A stretch of 62,911 bases of DNA, filler included, from Licmophora abbreviata (taxonomy: Eukaryota): the NCBI GenBank assembly GCA_900291995.1. It is 6 parts of 6 records of this genome, joined end to end, with 100 filler letters (N's around TTAATTAATTAA, not from the genome) between each part and the next. Parts side by side here need not be neighbours in the genome. Positions count along the whole stretch, not along the records: positions 30,120 to 43,916 come from OLMU01004128.1; 5 more parts are not named here. One strand, 5' to 3'. Positions 31,585-42,247 of this stretch are shown piece by piece; position 1 is the first letter of the stretch; the number at the start of each line of letters is the position of its first letter. A model generated the notes under the pieces. It saw nothing but the letters and a program-made list of their open reading frames with translations. It was not told the DNA's origin and made no database searches. A program made the translations under genes and the position numbers.

Positions 31585-34500
31585 CTACGTATCCTGCTCC
31601 GGCATGGGCGCAATCAAATTCTGTTCAAAGCTGCCTTGCAGCAAAAACGAAAACGGGAAGCGATATCGCATGCACGACAGGATGAGATTCCACCACAAGA
31701 CGGCATTCTTGTTTTGCTTCTCGCGCCAATCCGGATTGAGCAGATTCTCAATGCCTTCTCGGTCGCTCATGACGGTGCGAATTTCCTTTTGCAACACCCA
31801 TGGGGACAGGCGCTCGCAAGTGAGCGGCGACGCAGCGCCACGGGAACCCATGAAAGTGTGGGAGGTGCTCTGTACGCGAAAGTGCGGGACAAAGCGCTGC
31901 ATGCAGTTGGGACACGATGTTGTGTAGTCGTTGCTGTCTGCGGGCGTCCAGCCAGCCACGACATCGTCGTCCGACAGCAAAACGTTGCAGCGAGGACAGG
32001 TTTCGTTGTCCGTGTCTACGGAAATGTCAGGGTACACAATTTCGAGAAGATTCTCGCCGAGCTCAATCTGCATTTCGACAGGTTCCGTCACGTAGAATTG
32101 GTTATTTTCAACCAACTTGGGTGGAAGGCTCGGACGCTTGATATCCTTCTTACGCGACAAACGACTGCGAAGCCTCTGGTAGCGACTCATGGAACCGGAA
32201 GTACTGTCGTTGTCGTCAGCGTCCTCGTTGTCTTCGCCGCCCCCAGCGAGTGACTGGAGTTGCTTCTTTGCAGTATCCAAGAAAGATTGCTTCTGGAGCT
32301 TGTTCCAATCCATTTCGATGGACGTACTGTTGGCCCACTCTGCAACAATAACGGGGGGGGGGGGGTTAGTGTTCGCGACATCTTTTGGAGCATGTACACA
32401 TAAAAATAATTTCGACTTCAGTAAGCACATACCAGGAAGCTCTTCTTGCTCGGCGTCGCTAGTCTGTTTCCAGGCGCTTTCGACAGAGAACGCTGCCACC
32501 AGACACGAGTAGACGACTCCGTCGGCCACAATCCCGTCGCTATGCATCTTGGCAAGGAGCTCAGTTGCTCGCTGCGTATCGCCTACGCGCCCGCAGGCAT
32601 CAATGAGACACTGGTAGGCCTCTGGATCCGACTTCAATCCACGCTTCTTCATCATTGTGAGCATCTCAAATGCCAATGCCAGTTGAGCTCGACCTGTAGC
32701 CTTGGCCTCTTCAATCTGTAGAGCCGACAGCGAATCGCGGAATCGACTCCTCGGTTCGTCGTCCTTGCCCTCCCCGCTGGAATTTTCTCCAGACTTAGGC
32801 GTGGCCTCGCTCCCTTCGTCTACGTCACTAGCCTCAACGAACTGCTCTGAGTCGTCCTCTTCGTCAGCGCCATTTTCTTCCGCGCGGGCTTCCGTCGAGC
32901 CACTGTCGGTCACCAGCTCTCCAACCTCATTAACATCTTCCTCGTCCTGTGCGTCCTCAAACTCATCCTCCTCGTTGCCCTCGGTGTTGATAGTCGACGT
33001 TCCCTCGGTCGTCGGAACGGAAGCCGAGTCGCTTTCCGACTCGCTGCTCACAAATTCCGATGGATGTGTGTACGTCGACAGAATCGTCTTGTCCTGCGCC
33101 AAAAGCGGATTGTCTGAAATCTCCATGAGCTCCTTGCCAACCATGGCAGAGAACGCCATGAAGAAAAGGGTGAAAGTAGACACTTCCGGATTCGGGGGTA
33201 GCTCCGCCTGCAACGAGAACGATCAATGATAAGACTCACACCACATTCCACAACAAGCTTCATTTGTAAGCACAGACATACCGCATCTGACAGAGTACGA
33301 GCACGATTTCGACCCTGTTCCTTCTTGCTTTTTCCATGCGCCTTTTTGCGGCGAAATCGGGCAGCGTCATTCCGCTGTCGATCAAACTCGGCAATCACAG
33401 CGGATGGCAAAGGACGTGGCGTTCCAAAGAGTTCCGAATCAAACTCTGAAGGGAACGTCGGGTAGGTGTAACGATACTTGGACTTTTCCAGGATGTCCGC
33501 TGCCTTGTCCTGAATGCTCTTGAAGTTCTTCTTGCTCGGACTGCGGTTGCCCTGTGAGCGAGACGTGCTGCGCGTTCCTGACGTACTCGTCGAACCCACG
33601 CTCACATTGTCGTCGCCTACAAGCAAACTGTCTTCTGTCAGCGGCGTTACGACCACTCCATCTCCATTGCCCGCCTCCAATGGATGAGCCGGGAGCCCTT
33701 CTCCGCTAGGTTCCGGAGGAACAATCGTCTTGAGTTTGCGATGCACACGAGCACTCTGGAGCAACGGCTCGCCTTGCGTCGTTTTCGTCGACGCCGATGC
33801 CGCCGACGCGCTCGACGATCGCCACGACAACAACGACGAGTTCGACAACAGCCCCTGCGTTTTGAGGAAGCGATCAATAGCACGATCGAAAAACGTTACA
33901 TCGGCTTCGCCACTTCCATACAGTCGCTTCGTGACAAAGTTGTCGAAAACTTGAGTTCCAATCAACTCTTTCAAAAACTCTTGCATGTCATATCGCTGTG
34001 TTTGCACAAACTCCTTTGACCTGAATCCAGCCCCTCCATAGGCCCCTTCATGTTCCTTACTCGGAAAGACGAGAAACTTGCGGTAGTTGCGTAGCAAGTA
34101 CACGTACGCATCGAGGAAGGCCTCTTGCACCGCATCCCACTGTGACTGCTTTCGCATATTCTGTTTTTCTGACGCCGTTAGAATCCGAACCGAAGCTTCG
34201 CCATCTCGTTCACTCATATCCATACCGGAAGTGTCGTTTCCATTCAATAAATTCTTGCGTGACTCTTCCGGAGTGTACATGAGATGAAAGGCTTCATCAA
34301 ACAAACACAGACGCCCCTCCCACATGGCTTCCGCCATGAGCTTGACATGATTCGGGAGGTGAATGCCGCGTTCGGAATAGTCGTCGTTCTTAGTCAGACT
34401 TCGGGCCTCGCGAAAAATCATACCCACGTTCTCTTCCAACCGCTGTTCCAAGTCCGCCTTCAGCTGACTCGGCAACGGCGGGAGAGGCTCCGTATCGGGT

Positions 34501-35779
34501 CCGAGCGTTACAAGATTCTTGTCGAGATCGACCACCACGCACTCGCGACTCAAATCGCAAAAGGCATCCGCGAGATTGGCCTTGTTGATGCCACAAAAGA
34601 AGGGCATGGGCGCCGACAAGATGGGAATCAGGAAATGCGGCAAAAGCGGAATGTACGCGTGCGACCAACGCATAGGGAATAGTAAACTCAACAATATTTC
34701 CGAGCACTCTGTCATGACACTGAGTTGTGTGGATGTCAGTAGCACTTGTCGTTCGAGCATTAGACAGTGCCAGACCATCATTACGTTTTCAATATCCAAA
34801 CACTCAAACAAATGCTTGAATGGCAGTGACACCCACGCAATGGGTTGGTTGTGCGGCGGCGACCAGATCTTGATGACAGAATCGAGAATCGTCGTTTGAA
34901 CTTCAAAGGAACCAGGAGGCGGCGCAGGAATCTCGCTGCAAAAGTTGAGGACATATCGTTCGAGCGGCAGCGTCATTTCCCCCAATTTGCTCAAGCGATT
35001 GAGCTGCGTGAGGAATTCGCGAAATGCGACGAGATAGGGATGTGTACTGAGCAGAACCAAGCATTTGGGAAGAAATACTTCCATTTGCTTTTCACTCGCC
35101 TGCGAGTCGTTCGAATGATGCTGTTGGGCGGTAATCATGTACGGTTCCCAGAGAGTAAGACACGTTCCATACATTTTTTGACCAGTGCCACCTGTCGCTG
35201 CAAAGTAGTGGACCTATGAGAAAGAGGAGAATAGTAAAGTAGTAGAAGAGCGAAGCGATATGGTGAGACCACAGTGTTCATCAGAGGCTACGACGTTTCA
35301 CTGTATAAGAAACCCGGATGTAGACAGACTCAATACCGCAAGGTCAACGGGAGCGTTGGACGCCCGCCGGAAAAGGTTCCCAACTTTCTGTTCCTAACAA
35401 GCTCGGCGCTTACCTTGGGCATGGTGCATTCTGTTCTGAGCCGAATCCCTCCCGATGGATGGCAAAAGAAGGTGACACTCTCATGGAGAGGATTGCCGGG
35501 ATAGTCCGTGAGCGGATACCGTGCCGTAATTTGCGGCTGAAAGTCGTAGTCGTCGACGAACTCTTCGTCCTCCCAGGCACTCGAGTCGACTGTCTGACTT
35601 GCGTTCGTGACACTGTCATCGGCATGCTTGCGAGGGACACTGGAAACAACGACAAAGTACTCGACGAGTCGTCGACCTCCTTCGAGTTGGCTCGTGGTGA
35701 CCTCTTGCAAGGAGCTCTTCTTTTTCGCTTCCTCGCCGGCTTCTCCGGCGTCCAGCGGAGCCGGAGTAATCAAGACCAT
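31585..35779 (-). CDS. DENN-domain Rab GEF with PPR motifs and C-terminal Cys cluster (DENND4/Crag-like)
   Basis: uDENN (LVEYFVVV, FCHPSG), DENN (YGTCLT, PKCLVLLS, YIPLLP, VVDLDKN), dDENN (TQVFDNF), PPR (YQCLIDACGRVG), CPRC/CPNC. Introns 35214-35413, 33208-33281 and 32340-32432. Confidence 0.9.
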
Positions 35780-36466
35780 TCTAGACTGGGACCGTAACAA
35801 AAACTAGCAGTTCAGGACAGCGCCGCACGAGTCAAACAATCAATGGATCAATTGCGATCGTGGCTGTGCACACGCAATGCGGTTCCAAAATTGAAAATTG
35901 AAAATGCTGGCCACGGATAGGTCAGTTTCCGCATCCGTCGCGCGAATCTGACGAAAGATCACGCCAGCTCTAAACAAACAGCACAACGCCTCAACACGGA
36001 TTGGATTTACAGGATCGGAGTGGCTTGTGTACTATCTAAAGTATCATTATGTACAGTCTACGCCAGTCTGTAGGACAAAGCCGTTCCACCAATGAAAGGG
36101 TCACAAAATACTCAAAATGTCAAACGAATGTGTCAACAACGCGGTCGTTGTTGACATTGTCGGGACTGGCGATCAATACACAACAGTGTCTTTGTCATTG
36201 TGAAGTCGTTGTCACAAGTTCACAAGGAGGGAGCGACTAGAATTGTCAATCCTCAATCCTCGCTGCAGTTGTATCACCTGCGTATCCGAGCTTGCTAGTT
36301 TCGTTGCTGCTTGTGTCACTGCGTCACTCTCCATCGCTCGTTCCTACGGTATTGCTGGTTGACACAACGGGAGAGAGTCAGTCCAGTCGAGCCGGCCGCG
36401 AGTCTTGTTGCACGCTTTCACGCTTTCAGTTTAGCGTGTTTCATCACTTTCACAACAAATCTAAGA

Positions 36467-37159
36467 ATGCCAGCGTCCCAAAAGTCCACTGCGGTGGCAC
36501 CGTCCTTGTCTTGGCCGTCTCGCACCCTACGATCGCACCAGATTCGATCACGTCTCTTGTATCGACTAGGTGTCGTGTCAACGAGAAAATCGCATGCGGA
36601 TCATGGCATCGACGCGGTGTCGCAGCGTAACATGTCCTACTTGTCGCGACGACCCAAGATTTTGCCAGTGTCCGAGCCTCTCAAGTACAACTGCTTGGAA
36701 GACGACGAGGAGACCACACGGGGCGTTCTCGTCGATGTCACCAACAACAATCTCAACGAAAAGTCAAAGTGCGACGAGGACGAGGGAAAGTCAAAGAAGA
36801 AGAGCGTGTTGCGTCGTCCGCCGTCTTCTATCGCCGTAGCCTTTTGCCCTGACGTTTCGGTAGTGCTCATTCCCAAACACCAAGAGTACAGTCAACGTAT
36901 GAGATGTCGGCTGTGGTGTGACAAGAAAGAGTTGCTTCAAATGGTTTATAAGAATACTCTCGAATACCAGTACGAAGGGATGGAGTGGCGCAAGGTGTTG
37001 GAAGAACGGCAGATGTACAGTATGCAGGGCGAGTACATTCATCCCGTCCATTGCCAACCCATGTTGAGGAACTATGTCTCGTGGAGAACGAGAACGGCAA
37101 GTAGCGTGCATCCAGATGCATTGTTGTTGACGCGGGGTGAGAAGGATGAAGATGCTTGA
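36467..37159 (+). CDS. Hypothetical protein of a diatom-type family (VxF..V.V..IP....Y......LW motif)
   Basis: ATG at 36467 within ORF 36311-37159; motif VAFCPDVSVVLIPKHQEYSQRMRCRLW...NTLEYQYEGMEWRKVLEE...HPVH. Confidence 0.7.
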   Translation: MPASQKSTAVAPSLSWPSRTLRSHQIRSRLLYRLGVVSTRKSHADHGIDAVSQRNMSYLSRRPKILPVSEPLKYNCLEDDEETTRGVLVDVTNNNLNEKSKCDEDEGKSKKKSVLRRPPSSIAVAFCPDVSVVLIPKHQEYSQRMRCRLWCDKKELLQMVYKNTLEYQYEGMEWRKVLEERQMYSMQGEYIHPVHCQPMLRNYVSWRTRTASSVHPDALLLTRGEKDEDA

Positions 37160-37347
37160 AGCGTTCTGATTGTCCAAGACTTTGCCCATGTGGCCACGAG
37201 GCCGTTCGCTAGATTGAATTGACCATTGTTGGAATACTAGTTTAAATTTATAACTGTAGCGTTTGTTATTATTGTATCATACAAACTGAGGGCGCACCAG
37301 TATGACCTTTCTTCGAGACTTCTCTTCCAGAAATGCTTTCACATAGA

Positions 37348-38415
37348 TCACTTCGATGACATCACCTGCACTTTCAATGCCTTGCCCGGTGTCGGACGTT
37401 CGACTCGAACTCCTCTCTTACTCACTTTTCGCTCAAACTCATCTACACTTCCACTGCTTGCCACTAGACCAGACAAGGCCCCATCCATATTCAATTCCCC
37501 ATTGCATAGAGGCACCACTGTGGACGCCTCAAGAGCACCAACAATCTCTTGCATCCGTCGGGCGCCATGCACCAGCGTAAACTGGGCAAACTCTGGTAGC
37601 TGTACAGGTAAGCTTTGCTTGGTGACCGGTAGAATGCAAATATCCGCCTTGATAGGCTTGTTGTCGACCTGCAGCTGCGGTTGCTCCGTGTCACCGTGTG
37701 GCTCATAGTAAACGGATAGCTTCTTACCAGCATCCGTCGTCGTCGTTGGCTGGACCTCCAAGAGATAGCCATTTTCCCGTTCTTGCCAAGGCGGTCCCAC
37801 GAGGGATCCGACGGTCGCCGTGACGGTCGTTTGATTATTCATCCGATACTGTTCACCATGTCTTAGTACTGTCAATTTGGTTTTGGGAACCACATGCGCG
37901 ACCTTTTCGTAGGCACTGGGACAGACGACAAACTGCAAGTCTGGTAGCATGACGACGAGTCGTTCAATGGTGGCAAGGTGTGTATGGTCATCTAGACCTT
38001 GACTTAGCAATACATGTGTCGGTGCAGCTTGTTGAATAAGAGTGTATGTGTCCTGTTCGGAAAGAAACTTCTTGTTGGCACGGTACAAGGGCGAAATGCC
38101 AAAGTCGAGTTGCGATGCAATCGGGTCTACGAGGAGCGAAATGTTTGCTTCTGGGATTTGCCAAATCATGGAATTGATTTCCAAGTGAGTGTAGATGAAG
38201 GAGGGCGTCGTTACTGAGGAAGCGGTGGCGGACGAAGAGGAGACTGGCGGCGTTGCGAACGATCCAAAAGAACGAGCAGTAGTGCTCTGGCAGCTCAGAC
38301 GTCGCTGTCCATCCGGCGGAAGGATGAAGGAAGACGCCGCATTGTTCCATAGCACAATCAGCAGCAGCAGGGCTTTCTTCTTTCTTGATCCGGTTACTCC
38401 CATCGTTGTGTCCAT
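37348..38415 (-). CDS. Metallo-beta-lactamase-fold hydrolase, probably plastid-targeted
   Basis: LLVDP, LLSQGLDDHTH, GPPWQERENGY, YYEPHG; signal peptide ending AASS-F (ASAFAP-like) followed by a Ser/Thr-rich transit region. Confidence 0.85.
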   Translation of the reverse strand: MDTTMGVTGSRKKKALLLLIVLWNNAASSFILPPDGQRRLSCQSTTARSFGSFATPPVSSSSATASSVTTPSFIYTHLEINSMIWQIPEANISLLVDPIASQLDFGISPLYRANKKFLSEQDTYTLIQQAAPTHVLLSQGLDDHTHLATIERLVVMLPDLQFVVCPSAYEKVAHVVPKTKLTVLRHGEQYRMNNQTTVTATVGSLVGPPWQERENGYLLEVQPTTTTDAGKKLSVYYEPHGDTEQPQLQVDNKPIKADICILPVTKQSLPVQLPEFAQFTLVHGARRMQEIVGALEASTVVPLCNGELNMDGALSGLVASSGSVDEFERKVSKRGVRVERPTPGKALKVQVMSSK

Positions 38416-38779
38416 CCATGCAGATAGAAAGCAAAAATGATTTGCGAATGAAGCACCTTTCTTCAGGACTGGCGCAACGACTGACTCACACAACAAGATT
38501 CATTCTCATGAGCAAGTTGCAAGTTTAGAGTTTAGACATAATTTTGGAAAGACGCGCGCCAAGCTCGAGCTCTGGCAAGGTTTCAGGTATGAGTCGAATG
38601 TGTCGCGAAGCCGGCAAGAAGGGAAGCAAACTCTAGACTCACTCTATTATCCATTTTAGCGACTATTCCATGACGACGAAGGCAAGGTGGATGCACTCCT
38701 GCACTTTTCTTCGAAGCGAACATTCCTTTATTCGCCTAAACCACCACTACACACACTTAGACTATAACCAACAGTTCGC

Positions 38780-40636
38780 CTACCGCTTCAAATCATCAAA
38801 CGAAAAGTTCTGATCTCGCTTGTATCCGCGCATAAGATCCAAAAACACTTGCTGATACCCCGATTGAGTGAGATGATCGTCCACCATGCGCCTCGTTACG
38901 TCGATTTCCCCAAAGAAAGTACATGGCGCTTGGCTTGCTGTTATGCCACTGCCGTCATGATAAAAGTGAATACAAGTTCCAGGAGGAAACAGAATAGGCT
39001 CCATACGTTCCGTAGAAGACGTCTTGATCGATGGTTTGACATACTGCTCGAGCGAGGAGTCAACCATGGACAGGATCGAGTTGAGACTCGATTCCGACAA
39101 GATACTCGGTGCGACGCGTTGGAGTTCCCGTAGGGAGTGTACGGTGTCGACGCGTGCTTTGTCCGTCCAGTCGTACTCCATGATATCCAAAAGTGCATTC
39201 GCCACAGTCGCCCCGCTCATGCGCGGCACCATATCCCAATCGTTAATGACAGTCGTAATATAGGACGATGTGCTCTCACTGAGTTCCTTCGACAGCAACG
39301 CTGGGCACCCGAAACCCACGACTTGTACCTCCATCTCGGGAATGTCTTGAAACTCCATACCGGCAATTGCCGCTGCACCAGCTCCCAGTGAGTGTCCAAT
39401 GATTGTGAGCTTCACCTTGCGCTTCTTTGCGGACTTGCGCAGCGTTTGAAGCAATGCAAGGTGCTTTGCCACCAGATACTTGCCAGAATCCAAAATTCCA
39501 GCATGCACCTTGCCTCCGCGGTAGTCCACCGCGTCCAAAAGGCAATCTGTAATGACATCTGGTAGAGTTTTGCTTCCCCGCACCACCATGACGACTTCCA
39601 GCTCCGAGCTCCAGATACTCTGATCCTTCTTGAGCAGAAGCATGTGACTTGGCTTTCCCGGAAAGCTCTCCGATTCGCAGTAGATCATCTCCGCTGGATA
39701 CGCTGTAAATTCCTGTATTTGTTGTTGGATTTCTTCCACTGTATCGGCATAACTCGCTTCCGCAAGTTGCAGTGCATCATTCAGGTCGACCACTCTACTG
39801 AAATCAATACCAGGATGAAAGCGATGCATACGTCTCTTCCAAGACGGATTCTTGCGTTCATCCTCACGCTCCACAAAGTAATATAGGGCATTGAGAGAAA
39901 AGCTGGAAAAGTCAATGTGCGAAAAGTTGGCCTGCATCATTTGCTCCATTTGCTCCAGGCTGTTGCCGAGGAGTTGAAAGAGTTCCAACAAGTTTTTGTT
40001 TTGCGTATTCGTGTCACCCGTCTTGACGGTCTGATGCGCAGTGTCAATGAGATTCTGAAGCGCCTGTTCCTTGCGTTCATTGCTCGGATTGAACAGGACG
40101 GAGGAAATGTCTGTCACGAAAGATGACAGAAAGTCTGCGTTCTCGGAAGTTGGCGAACTCTTCGCAGGAGCAGTGGGCTTTTCGGCGTCGACGCTGGTCT
40201 CATCGTTTCCCAAGGAAAAGAGGCGTTCCAGGCGGTCTTTGAGAGAAGCTACTGTAGAGTCCGAAGTTTCTTCTTCTGATTTGGTAGTAGTCTCGTTGTT
40301 GTTGTTGTCGTCTTGAGTGTCATCTTCGGTCAAAATGTTCCATTCTCGTAGGAGGCCCGACAAATCACTCTTGGCGCGCTCCCATTCCCCCGTGAGATCA
40401 AAGGACGTGCTACTACTGTCGTTTTCGGTTTGCTTGGTGATGTCATTCCTCTCGTTTTGTTTTTCCAGTCTGACGACACTAGTAGTGTTGTTGTCAGTGG
40501 AAGTGTAGTGAGAAAGTAGGGTCGCACCCGACGCGGCCGCCAGCGCTACCAGAGACGGATGCGATGCTAAAAAGAGAAAACTTTGTCGACCTCCTCTTTG
40601 ACGCGAATACGCCGAACGTAAGACTCGACAAAACAT
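38780..40636 (-). CDS. Class 3 lipase (DAG-lipase-like), probable mitochondrial presequence
   Basis: VVRGS, VHAGI, nucleophile elbow GHSLGAG, FGCP, DMVPR, DDH; Arg-rich N-terminus lacking acidic residues. Confidence 0.92.
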   Translation of the reverse strand: MFCRVLRSAYSRQRGGRQSFLFLASHPSLVALAAASGATLLSHYTSTDNNTTSVVRLEKQNERNDITKQTENDSSSTSFDLTGEWERAKSDLSGLLREWNILTEDDTQDDNNNNETTTKSEEETSDSTVASLKDRLERLFSLGNDETSVDAEKPTAPAKSSPTSENADFLSSFVTDISSVLFNPSNERKEQALQNLIDTAHQTVKTGDTNTQNKNLLELFQLLGNSLEQMEQMMQANFSHIDFSSFSLNALYYFVEREDERKNPSWKRRMHRFHPGIDFSRVVDLNDALQLAEASYADTVEEIQQQIQEFTAYPAEMIYCESESFPGKPSHMLLLKKDQSIWSSELEVVMVVRGSKTLPDVITDCLLDAVDYRGGKVHAGILDSGKYLVAKHLALLQTLRKSAKKRKVKLTIIGHSLGAGAAAIAGMEFQDIPEMEVQVVGFGCPALLSKELSESTSSYITTVINDWDMVPRMSGATVANALLDIMEYDWTDKARVDTVHSLRELQRVAPSILSESSLNSILSMVDSSLEQYVKPSIKTSSTERMEPILFPPGTCIHFYHDGSGITASQAPCTFFGEIDVTRRMVDDHLTQSGYQQVFLDLMRGYKRDQNFSFDDLKR

Positions 40637-41094
40637 AGGCTGATACTACACAGTAAGACGAGGGATCTCTCTCTTTCTCTCTTTATGCCAGAGCAGTATC
40701 ACCGTCCTATCTACAAATAGAGAGAAGAGTAGATCTGTTCCGCGTGCACACACAACATGCAGATTGCAGCAATTTCAGAAATTGAATGAATCTTTTCCCG
40801 CGCGAAAGATCCGCCAACGCTGGATTCGGGACTGGGTGAAAGTATCCCAATCCCGAGTACATAGGATGCCACACGTCGGAGTGCCCCAGGAAATGTCTCA
40901 GCCGTTGAGAATGTATATAATAGTATTCAGACACAAAATTTATTCAATATTAGTTGGCACGGACAAACCTTACTTATGGAGAGCCAGCGTTGAAAAAGGT
41001 CACGCAGTTCACTTTTTTCCCGTCAGGACCTCTCTCGCTCCACTACACTCCTGGACCGTTCCTTTGACAGTGTAGGCCCCTCCGTGTGCGATTC

Positions 41095-41940
41095 ATGAAT
41101 GACATCAGTTCTGTAATGAAAGAGGGAAGGATGAACAAGAGCCAAAAGGAAGTTTGCTCCGACGGCGAGCCCACTTTTGCAGGTCCATCGTCACCAAAGG
41201 TACCGGCGTCAACCATGCTCCTGCGGACAAATAAGAATATCCTGGGAGACGATTCATCATCGTCCTCGCTAATGGCTAAATCATCAAACAACGACACACC
41301 GCATGGTGTCAATACGGACTGCGATGTCATGTTGGAAACCATGGATACTTGCGTGGCCCTCATCAATGGCGTCGATGCGGACCACCACCAGCAACATCAT
41401 CCTCACTCGGCGGAAGACACGCAGCCGCGAACATCGAGTTCATCTTCGGACACAGCCGCTGTCACTGTTGTACCGGATCAATCTTCCTTGCAGTTCGACT
41501 CAATGGTTTCGTATATCATTCCCCGTGTTGAGGACTTTTCCCTTTGTGGAAATACGAAGGAGCATCTGGACATGGTGCTTGAAAAGAAGCTCCCATCATC
41601 ATCATCAGTTGTCGACGAATCCCCTACAGCCTCGATGACGTCAACGGCGACAGTCACTCCCGACGCATCCTATTACGATGACTACGATACAGTTCTTGAA
41701 ACCATGGACAGCTGTGTGGTCTGTGCCGAAGGAGTGGATCTTCAGCATGACTACGAGACCGGAATTGTTGTAGAGCAACGGCGGAACAACCAACAAGAGA
41801 AGAGCGTCGATGGTCAAGTAGCAGACAAAGCTACAATTGCGAACCGTGAAGTAATGATGAAGGAGCATGAAAGCACCAAGGAGAGTTTTGCAACCTTGCA
41901 TGCCGCATCCCAGGTGTCGCTATCCGACCGCACTGGATGA
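41095..41940 (+). CDS. Hypothetical acidic low-complexity protein with a duplicated LETMDxCV motif
   Basis: ~280-codon ORF; internal peptide repeat with synonymous divergence supports coding status. Confidence 0.55.
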   Translation: MNDISSVMKEGRMNKSQKEVCSDGEPTFAGPSSPKVPASTMLLRTNKNILGDDSSSSSLMAKSSNNDTPHGVNTDCDVMLETMDTCVALINGVDADHHQQHHPHSAEDTQPRTSSSSSDTAAVTVVPDQSSLQFDSMVSYIIPRVEDFSLCGNTKEHLDMVLEKKLPSSSSVVDESPTASMTSTATVTPDASYYDDYDTVLETMDSCVVCAEGVDLQHDYETGIVVEQRRNNQQEKSVDGQVADKATIANREVMMKEHESTKESFATLHAASQVSLSDRTG

Positions 41941-42247
41941 GTCTTGAAGCACGACGACCTCGTGGGCTGTCAGTAGCGTTGTCAAGACGGTTCCATGGTT
42001 GCAACTGACGTGAGGAGCATTCCGGCTGGGGATGCTCCGGAAATGCGAGGACAAGAAAACATGTAAGTGGCGCGGGCGCAAGTCATGCGCGCGAGACGAG
42101 GGGTCTCGCATGAGGGGTGAGGGGGAGGTGCTGAGAGGCTATATGGGAGATTCGTCACCGTATGCCATCCAGCGAGAGGGAGAGTGCATATCAAGTACCA
42201 ACGATCATTTACAGAGCATTCAACATACTTAAAACATTATGCTACCG

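Noticed and set aside
41938..41982. Possible selenocysteine read-through of the TGA ending the orphan ORF
   Set aside because: An in-frame TAG follows within 13 codons; no redox motif or recognisable SECIS.
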